Virus record (IMG/VR): IMGVR_UViG_3300043409_000384
Location: 1 to 52,222 of that record
DNA: 52,222 nucleotides
Source: a virus
Lineage: Duplodnaviria; Caudoviricetes
Direction: 5' to 3' (one strand)
The first letter of the stretch is position 1, and each line of letters starts with the position of its first letter. The translations under genes were made by a program, and so were the position numbers. Under the pieces are notes generated by a model. The model saw nothing but the letters and a program-made list of their open reading frames with translations. It was not told the DNA's origin and did not search any database. This document shows, one piece after another, positions 45,783-52,222 of the stretch.

Positions 45783-46676
45783 TCACTTGCCCTTTAGTTG
45801 GTTAATCTCTCTACGCAATTCTTTAATACCTTCAACCAACAGAGGTATTAATTTTTCATAATCAACAGTTAAATAGTCTTGACCAGACCGGCTGTATTCA
45901 GTGCCATCATCACGCTGTGCAATATCAAATGGTGCTGGCTTGACCACTTCTGGTTGTACACGCTTTACGTCTTGTGCGCTTAGTGCTGTTTGTACGCTGG
46001 AGTTATCGAAACCAAAGCTTCTAGCTAGATCATTCTCAACATACATGAAACCAGTCAACTGATCAATTTTGTCAAGAGCATTTTCAATTGTATTTATTTT
46101 TGTCTTTAGGCGTTCATCGGAATAATATGCTGTAATAGAGCCGGTAAAACGGCCTTCACCTGATGTTCCTGATGCCGCTGTACCAACACCCAATGATGTT
46201 GTTTGCAGTGCCGCTAATGTACTAGTACCAGTTACAGCCAAGGTAGAACTTAATGTGGTTGCACCGGTTACTCCTAGTGTAGTACTAAAACTGCCTGAAG
46301 TTCCCAACACACTACCGCCACTGAGGTTTGTGGCTGTGGTAGCTGTGGTAGCTGTGGTAGCTGTGGTAGCTGTTGCGGCTGACCCATCAACACTAGTTCC
46401 AGTCAGTGTCAAATTTCCTGTGCCGCGATTAAGCAATACTGCTGTTGTTCCAATATACAATGTACTATTTGCTAATACTGTTGGTGGTATTGTTCCACTT
46501 GCAATGTCTGCACCTGCCAGTACTACAGTGCCAGTGCGACCTGCTACACTTGTAACACCTGAAGCCGCTGTGCTTGCGCCTTGAATATCCCATACCCCCA
46601 GTCCAGTACTATACACATAAGTTGTACCGTTGTTTGAGTATGTTTGTCCATCTGTTGGACTTGCCGGAAAAGCCAT
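45783..46676 (-). CDS. Tail fibre with C-terminal S74-type intramolecular chaperone
   Basis: MAFPASP N-terminus, VTSVAGRTG, YYSDERLK cleavage motif, VDYEKLIPLLVEGIKEL coiled coil. Confidence 0.88.
   Translation of the reverse strand: MAFPASPTDGQTYSNNGTTYVYSTGLGVWDIQGASTAASGVTSVAGRTGTVVLAGADIASGTIPPTVLANSTLYIGTTAVLLNRGTGNLTLTGTSVDGSAATATTATTATTATTATNLSGGSVLGTSGSFSTTLGVTGATTLSSTLAVTGTSTLAALQTTSLGVGTAASGTSGEGRFTGSITAYYSDERLKTKINTIENALDKIDQLTGFMYVENDLARSFGFDNSSVQTALSAQDVKRVQPEVVKPAPFDIAQRDDGTEYSRSGQDYLTVDYEKLIPLLVEGIKELRREINQLKGK
46333..46373. repeat. 9-bp tandem repeat (GCTGTGGTA x4 plus partial) encoding ATT repeats
   Basis: Direct reading of the sequence. Confidence 0.9.
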
Positions 46677-49177
46677 TAATATCTCCCTACCGCTACTTCA
46701 ATAGTAGCTACTTCATCATTTTGAATCGTGCCAAGGCTCTTGCCAACAACACAGCCTGGTTTAAATAAACTGTTGTCTAGTCGCTGTGCCACGCCCGGTG
46801 TTGTGCTGGTCACTAATAAATCCCCTTTGTCAACAGGTCCTTGTACCAGACAAGGCACACGGCCTGTAAATGCCACAGGCAAGCCATTGGGTAATTCTGA
46901 ATTCATCAAGTAAGCAGGGTTAGTAGATATAACTCCTGCCACACGCGAATCGTGCGATTCTGTGGTTACTGTAATTTCTGCGGCACCACCAAATACAACC
47001 ACTGTGGCTGGACCATAGTCATCATCGGCGGTATACATCTCGGCCAAGTCAGCGTATTTGGCACTAGATGCAATACCCAAAAAGTTTGTTGCTGTTAAGT
47101 TGCCGCCTGAGTCACGAAGTGCAATAGTATTTGCAACTGCGGCTGTGTTGGCATTGTACAATGCACTACTGATGTCGATCCAGTTGTTGGTACTGGTAAC
47201 GTTGTCAAACACGTACTTGTATAACACACCGGTGTTGCCACGGAACCATTCATCACCCGCCAATGGTGTTACGGGTGCTGTGTTACCAGAATAGTTAGTG
47301 ACTATGTTTCTGCCGTTACGCTTACCACCAGTGTTGATAATAATGTTGGCAACTGTTACATTGGCAAAAGTTGGAAGCGCCGTTGTTTGTAAATCTTGTG
47401 GTGTACTGATAGTAATGGTACTGCCACTGGCTGTGGCTGTCATGCCATTTGAGCCAGCAAAAGTTAATGTGCCGCCGCCAGCGACACTACCTGTACCACT
47501 GGTACCTGCCAGACTGATTGTGGTACTGACCGTGCTGGTGCTGATAGAACTAATGCGACCATATGCATCAGTAGTGATAACCGGAATGGCTGTACTATTA
47601 CCGGTTGTAACTGCTCCTGGTCCAGTGGTAGTTAATGCCAGAGTACTTCCAGACACTGTGATATTACCGGCGCCGGTTGAAGTGTAAGTTACGCCACCGC
47701 TTACTGCGGCATTGTTGGCACTCCAGAACAATCCACTAATTGCAGATCCCGACCCAATGTATACCCCTGTAGCAAATACGTTGGCAGTTGTAATATTACC
47801 CGCAATACCTGCACCACCCGCTACTACCAATGCACCAGTTGTGGTACTGGTACTGGTTGCTGTACCAGTCACGTTGGCCCAGGACGTGAACGTACCAGTT
47901 GATCCTGTGTGTACCGCATTGGTGTTACCGATAGTGGCCGCGTTAACTGTTGTGGCAATAAGAGTACTTACACCACTGATGTTACCACTTGCCCCCGAAG
48001 TAACTAAACTACCAGCAACATAAACGTTACCAGCAACGCCTACACCACCTGCAACCACCAGAGCACCTGTTGTGGTTGAGGTTGATGTAGTGGTGGCAAC
48101 TACAACCAAGTTACTGTTAGTATTTGTTCCAATCTTGGTATTGGCATAGGTATAGAAACTACCAACATTGGCCTGTAACGTGGCAACAACCGTATTGGCA
48201 CCGGTGATTTGATTTGCTTGAGCACCTGCATTACTAGTCCACGCAGTGGTTATTGCGCTGTCTTGTGTGTCAACATAACTTTTTAATGCAGTATTGGCTG
48301 TGACAATTGCGGCATTGGCTCCGGTGACCCAGGATTGTGTTGTGGTGATCTGTGCGTCTGTGTAGGCTTTGAGTGCCGTGTTGGCTGTGACTATGGCCGC
48401 ATTGGCCCCTGCTATTTGATTGGCTTGTGCGCCTGCATTGCTGGTCCATGCTGTGGTTATTGAGGTGTCTTGTGTGTCAACATAACTTTTGAGAGCAGTA
48501 TTGGCAGTTGTGATCTGACCTTGCGTGGTTGTGATCTGTGTGTCAACATAACTTTTGAGAGCAGTATTGGCTGTGACAATTGCGGCATTGCTACCAGCGA
48601 TGCTGTTCAATAGTGTGGTACTGAGACTAGCGTTATTGCCCAGACTTGTAGCAATCTCACCCAGGGTATCTAATATAGCTGGAGCACCGTTGGTCAAGTT
48701 GGTGAACTGAGCATCAACATAACCTTTGAGTGCTGTGTTGGCTGTGACTATGGCTGCATTGGCGCCTGTAACCCAACTCTGTGTTGTAGTATCTTGTGCA
48801 TCAACATATGACTTCAATGCAGTATTGGCTGTGATAATAGCCGCATTGGCGCCTGCAATTTGATTTGCTTGAGCACCTGCATTGGCTGTGAGTGTGACAA
48901 TATCTGAGGAGGCCGCCAATGAACCTGTGTATGTGGGCAAGTAACTAGCCACTGTGGCATTGCCGTAACTGCTGGACACAAACGGTGTTCCGTTGGCGTA
49001 GAAGAAGCCCGAGGCCAACACATTACCAACAAACACATTACCAGCAATACCCGCGCCGCCTGCCACAGTCAAAGCACCGGTTGTGGTACTAGAGCTGATG
49101 TTTGATCCCAATATTGCCACATTGGTGTCAATCAGCAAATTACCGTATATTCGTGTGCCTGATAAGAGTTTAGCCAT
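46676..49177 (-). CDS. Long tail fibre with internal repeats and a C-terminal autoproteolytic chaperone-like domain
   Basis: STTTGALVVAGGxG repeats, ANAAIVTANTALK coiled-coil repeats, YADLAEMY..GVISTNP..GRVP..KGDLLVTS C-terminus. Confidence 0.85.
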   Translation of the reverse strand: MAKLLSGTRIYGNLLIDTNVAILGSNISSSTTTGALTVAGGAGIAGNVFVGNVLASGFFYANGTPFVSSSYGNATVASYLPTYTGSLAASSDIVTLTANAGAQANQIAGANAAIITANTALKSYVDAQDTTTQSWVTGANAAIVTANTALKGYVDAQFTNLTNGAPAILDTLGEIATSLGNNASLSTTLLNSIAGSNAAIVTANTALKSYVDTQITTTQGQITTANTALKSYVDTQDTSITTAWTSNAGAQANQIAGANAAIVTANTALKAYTDAQITTTQSWVTGANAAIVTANTALKSYVDTQDSAITTAWTSNAGAQANQITGANTVVATLQANVGSFYTYANTKIGTNTNSNLVVVATTTSTSTTTGALVVAGGVGVAGNVYVAGSLVTSGASGNISGVSTLIATTVNAATIGNTNAVHTGSTGTFTSWANVTGTATSTSTTTGALVVAGGAGIAGNITTANVFATGVYIGSGSAISGLFWSANNAAVSGGVTYTSTGAGNITVSGSTLALTTTGPGAVTTGNSTAIPVITTDAYGRISSISTSTVSTTISLAGTSGTGSVAGGGTLTFAGSNGMTATASGSTITISTPQDLQTTALPTFANVTVANIIINTGGKRNGRNIVTNYSGNTAPVTPLAGDEWFRGNTGVLYKYVFDNVTSTNNWIDISSALYNANTAAVANTIALRDSGGNLTATNFLGIASSAKYADLAEMYTADDDYGPATVVVFGGAAEITVTTESHDSRVAGVISTNPAYLMNSELPNGLPVAFTGRVPCLVQGPVDKGDLLVTSTTPGVAQRLDNSLFKPGCVVGKSLGTIQNDEVATIEVAVGRY
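48150..48970. repeat. Block of ANAAIVTANTALKxY repeats shared with the gene at 50338-51846
   Basis: Repeated peptide units with synonymous variation; boundaries approximate. Confidence 0.85.
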
Positions 49178-49185
49178 AGTAGTAT

Positions 49186-50334
49186 TTATTCACTTAAAGT
49201 GCCCACATTTGTGCTTGGAAATGCTCGCGAAACACCACGCCAACTCCATATGATTCTGCATCCACCTGAGCCTCCGGTGGCAGGTGCAAATACTGTACCA
49301 ATTGACGAGTCGTCAGCACCGCCAGCACCACCGCCACCAAACTTGCCACCACTAAGAAAACGCTCTGTGGTATTGGTGTTGTTGTTTCCATTGGCGCCGG
49401 CTTGTCCACCCGAACCACCACCACCGCCGGTAGGCACTGTACCACTAGTGCCTGCGGCGCCTGCGGTACCTGCACCAAACAAACCCACGCCGCCACCGGC
49501 CGCTCCTAAAGCACTGCCGGTGGTTCCGGATCCGCCACCACCACCACCATCGGTACTGCCAGACACATTGCCTTGAAATGGAGCACTTGCTCCTGTGTCG
49601 CCGCCACGGCCTCCCGCAACCGTATATCCACCTGCGCCACCGCCACCAGACCCACCAACACCATCTCCGTAAATATCGCCGGCTTTGCCACCAGCAAATC
49701 CAGCTGTGAGTGCTGTGCCACTGGTAATGGTGCCACCTGCGCCACCTGTGCTATTTTTGGTGTTGGCAGTGGTGCCGACGCCGTATAAGGCTCCTGACCC
49801 ACCTTGTGCCAATAGTAAAATTGTGGCGCCACGGGCCACAGTGGTGTTGCCACCGCTGGGTGATGTTGCTGAACTAGTAGAGGAGGATGCAGGAGCGCCT
49901 TGTCCCACTGTGACCGTGAGTGTTTCACCGGGTGTAACTGCAAAGTTGTTGCCGTAGGCCAAGGCACCACCTCCGCCACCCGGCATACCAGAACTGCCAC
50001 CTCCGCCGTAAAATCCAGCACCGCCGGCGCCCACACACACAGCTGACATGGATGTTATACCAGCCGGAACTGTCATGGAATATACCCCAGGCGATTCAAA
50101 TAATATTTCGTTGGGCCGTTCGTTGAAAAATCCGCCGACACTCAGGTTGCCGTTGCGCCATTCGCGCTTGGCCACACCAGCAACTACTCCGCCCAGGGTG
50201 ACTTCATCAAATTCTGCCGCCATTACATTGGACAGAGTTTGACTGATTGTGGTTTGTGTGACTTCGTCGAAAAAATCATCGTTGTACAACGCGAATTCAC
50301 CAGTGCTAAACAATCTGCTTACGATAGTGGGCAT
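49186..50334 (-). CDS. Glycine-rich virion protein
   Basis: FDEVT N-terminal repeat, VPAG..SAVCVGAGG, VTPGETLTVTVG, GGSGGCRIIW. Confidence 0.8.
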   Translation of the reverse strand: MPTIVSRLFSTGEFALYNDDFFDEVTQTTISQTLSNVMAAEFDEVTLGGVVAGVAKREWRNGNLSVGGFFNERPNEILFESPGVYSMTVPAGITSMSAVCVGAGGAGFYGGGGSSGMPGGGGGALAYGNNFAVTPGETLTVTVGQGAPASSSTSSATSPSGGNTTVARGATILLLAQGGSGALYGVGTTANTKNSTGGAGGTITSGTALTAGFAGGKAGDIYGDGVGGSGGGGAGGYTVAGGRGGDTGASAPFQGNVSGSTDGGGGGGSGTTGSALGAAGGGVGLFGAGTAGAAGTSGTVPTGGGGGSGGQAGANGNNNTNTTERFLSGGKFGGGGAGGADDSSIGTVFAPATGGSGGCRIIWSWRGVSRAFPSTNVGTLSE

Positions 50335-50337
50335 ATA

Positions 50338-51846
50338 TTATCCAAACACAGTATCTAAACTATTTGTTACAGAATTATATTGTTGATATACAGCACTGGT
50401 GGCATTGGCCGAATAGGTGTAGCCCACTCGGCTTCTCACATACACATTACCACCAGCAAATACATTGCCTTGTACACCTATGCCGCCATTGGTGCCACTC
50501 AGTACTAGAGCACCTGTTGTAATGCTGGATGCCACAGTTGCCGAACTAAGAGTTGCAACACCACTTACAGTCAACCCGGTTAAAGTACCAAGTGAAGTAA
50601 CGCTACCTTGGGCGGCAGTGCTCAAAGTGCCACTTAAAGTAGTAGCTGTAATTTGTCCACTAACGCCTATGCCACCTGATACTGTAATAGCGCCGGTGGT
50701 GGTGGTGGTGCTGGCAGTTCCTGTGACCACAATGTTACCAGTGGCTGTGATGCTACGCCCAGCCGAGCCGCCAATGTACAAGTTACCTGTAGCAATACTC
50801 ATGCCACCTGTTACTTCAAATGCACCTGTTGTGGTATTGACTGCTTGTGTATTGCTGGTTACAAAAATATTGCCTGCAGAGATGTTGCCACCAATGGTTA
50901 CATTGCCTGGGGCGGCAAGATTGGCCAGCATCTGTACATTGCCGTAACTGGCACCAAATGTGGCATTGGCATAGGTATAGAAACTACCAACATTGGCCTG
51001 TAATGTGGCAACAACTGCATTAGCACCTGTGATCTGGTTGGCCTGTGCGCCTGCATTACTGGTCCATGCTGAAGTTATTGAGGTATCTTGTGCATCAACA
51101 TACGATTTGAGTGCAGTGTTGGCAGTTGTGATTTGATTGTCAGTATAACCTTTGAGTGCTGTATTGGCAGTCACTATGGCCGCATTGGCACCTGTTACCC
51201 ATGACTGTGTTGTGGTATCTTGTGCATCAACATAACTTTTTAATGCAGTGTTGGCAGTCACTATGGCCGCATTGGCTCCAGTGACCCATGACTGTGTTGT
51301 GGTGATCTGACTATCTGTATAATTCTTTAGGGCAGTATTTGCCGTAACTATTGCCGCATTACTTCCAGCAATACTGTTCAACAAGGTGGTACTGAGACTG
51401 GCGTTGTTGCCCAAGCTGGTGGCAATCTCACCCAAGGTGTCCAGGATAGCAGGAGCGCCATTGGTCAAGTTAGTGAACTGAGCATCCACATAACCTTTTA
51501 GTGCAGTATTGGCTGTAACTATTGCGGTATTGGCTCCTGTGACCCACGATTGCGTTGTGGTGATCTGTGCATCAGTATACGCCTTTAAGGCAGTATTGGC
51601 TGTAACTATTGCGGCATTGGCACCGGCGATCTGATTGCTCTGTGCGCCTGCGTTGGCTGTGAGTGTAACGATCTCTTGTGCCGCACCAATGCTACCTGAA
51701 TAAGTGGGCAAGTATGAAGCCACTGTGGCATTGCCATAACTGCTGGACAATGTACGAGTCCAGGAGGTAGTGGCACTGGCGTAGGTATACGAAATACCAT
51801 TTACTGTTGCTACTTGACCATTTGTGGGACTTGCTGGAAATGCCAT
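50338..51846 (-). CDS. Tail fibre-like protein with repeats
   Basis: MAFPASP N-terminus shared with 45783-46676; repeat block shared with 46676-49177. Confidence 0.82.
   Translation of the reverse strand: MAFPASPTNGQVATVNGISYTYASATTSWTRTLSSSYGNATVASYLPTYSGSIGAAQEIVTLTANAGAQSNQIAGANAAIVTANTALKAYTDAQITTTQSWVTGANTAIVTANTALKGYVDAQFTNLTNGAPAILDTLGEIATSLGNNASLSTTLLNSIAGSNAAIVTANTALKNYTDSQITTTQSWVTGANAAIVTANTALKSYVDAQDTTTQSWVTGANAAIVTANTALKGYTDNQITTANTALKSYVDAQDTSITSAWTSNAGAQANQITGANAVVATLQANVGSFYTYANATFGASYGNVQMLANLAAPGNVTIGGNISAGNIFVTSNTQAVNTTTGAFEVTGGMSIATGNLYIGGSAGRSITATGNIVVTGTASTTTTTGAITVSGGIGVSGQITATTLSGTLSTAAQGSVTSLGTLTGLTVSGVATLSSATVASSITTGALVLSGTNGGIGVQGNVFAGGNVYVRSRVGYTYSANATSAVYQQYNSVTNSLDTVFG
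50960..51740. repeat. Second copy of the fibre repeat block
   Basis: AQFTNLTNGAPAILDTLGEIATSLGNNASLSTTLLNSIAGSNAAIVTANTALK is identical in both fibres; boundaries approximate. Confidence 0.85.
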
Positions 51847-51861
51847 TTTTTTATATTCCTA

Positions 51862-52222
51862 TTAGCTACTTATCAAAAACCAGCTGTTGGTGTATCCATC
51901 CCACCCATATCTCTTACCGTCATCGGGACATGGAACAGGTGCTTCCCATTTGCATGTTGTACTATTTAGAACCCAATTCGTGTAGGGTTTTGGTTGTAAG
52001 AACGCATCTCTGTGTTCGTCATATTTAAACCCGACCCCAGCAAAATTATTGCGAAAGGTTCCGTTGTATGAAGTTTGTTTCCACACTGTATCTATGCCAA
52101 ATATGGATTGACAAAATGTTATTCCTTTGGCTTCAGATTCCGTTCCGTTGTCTAGCAGTTCATTGTTGTGTACCACAACGACTTGTATCACCGTGTTGTT
52201 TTCATCAAGTTGTGCAAAATGT
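51862..52222 (-). CDS. Tail-associated hypothetical protein, 5' end just outside the window
   Basis: Frame is open to the window edge (..HFAQLDENNTVIQV); WKQTSYN..FR.NFAG.G..YD...DAF..PKPY..W motif. Confidence 0.8.
   Translation of the reverse strand, partial: HFAQLDENNTVIQVVVVHNNELLDNGTESEAKGITFCQSIFGIDTVWKQTSYNGTFRNNFAGVGFKYDEHRDAFLQPKPYTNWVLNSTTCKWEAPVPCPDDGKRYGWDGYTNSWFLISS

Noticed and set aside
47058-50947. Numerous plus-strand Val/Pro/Ala-rich ORFs opposite the fibre genes (and similar ones opposite other long genes)
   Set aside because: These are antisense shadows of Thr/Gly/Ala-rich coding sequence, with no RBS or motifs.
43724-51846. Diversity-generating retroelement or invertase shufflon acting on the fibres
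   Set aside because: No reverse transcriptase or recombinase in the window; repeat differences look synonymous rather than adenine-specific, and copies are in direct orientation.
1-52222. Alternative genetic code (stop codon reassignment)
   Set aside because: Standard-code ORFs tile the window densely with intact long genes, and no suppressor tRNA is present.

Overview
This window is a fragment of a large T4-like (myovirus-type) dsDNA phage genome, mostly coded on the minus strand. Two Bug/TctC solute-binding genes suggest a betaproteobacterial host (inference). From left to right it contains: a tRNA region (Leu-CAA, Phe-GAA, Ser-TGA, Arg-TCT, CAT/Ile2-like) with two unassigned structured RNAs; paired PP-loop enzymes plus a Bug protein; the recombination module (uvsY, uvsX, gp32 SSB) interleaved with radical SAM, SDR, sulfotransferase, methyltransferase and cytidylyltransferase genes; terminase and putative head-internal proteins; gp4, tail tube, tail sheath, neck and tail-terminator genes; a halogenase/2OG-oxygenase/U32 cassette; and a tail-fibre/glycine-rich cluster. 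The most striking unannotated element is at 1690-1930. There, a consensus sigma70 promoter drives a leaderless 44-codon peptide containing all 20 amino acids. The 3' end of that peptide overlaps an antiterminator that competes with an intrinsic terminator placed before the ncRNA/tRNA array. This looks like a ribosome-sensing attenuator that would switch on phage tRNAs when host translation or tRNA supply fails. All protein calls come from motif recognition by eye; no database searches were run.
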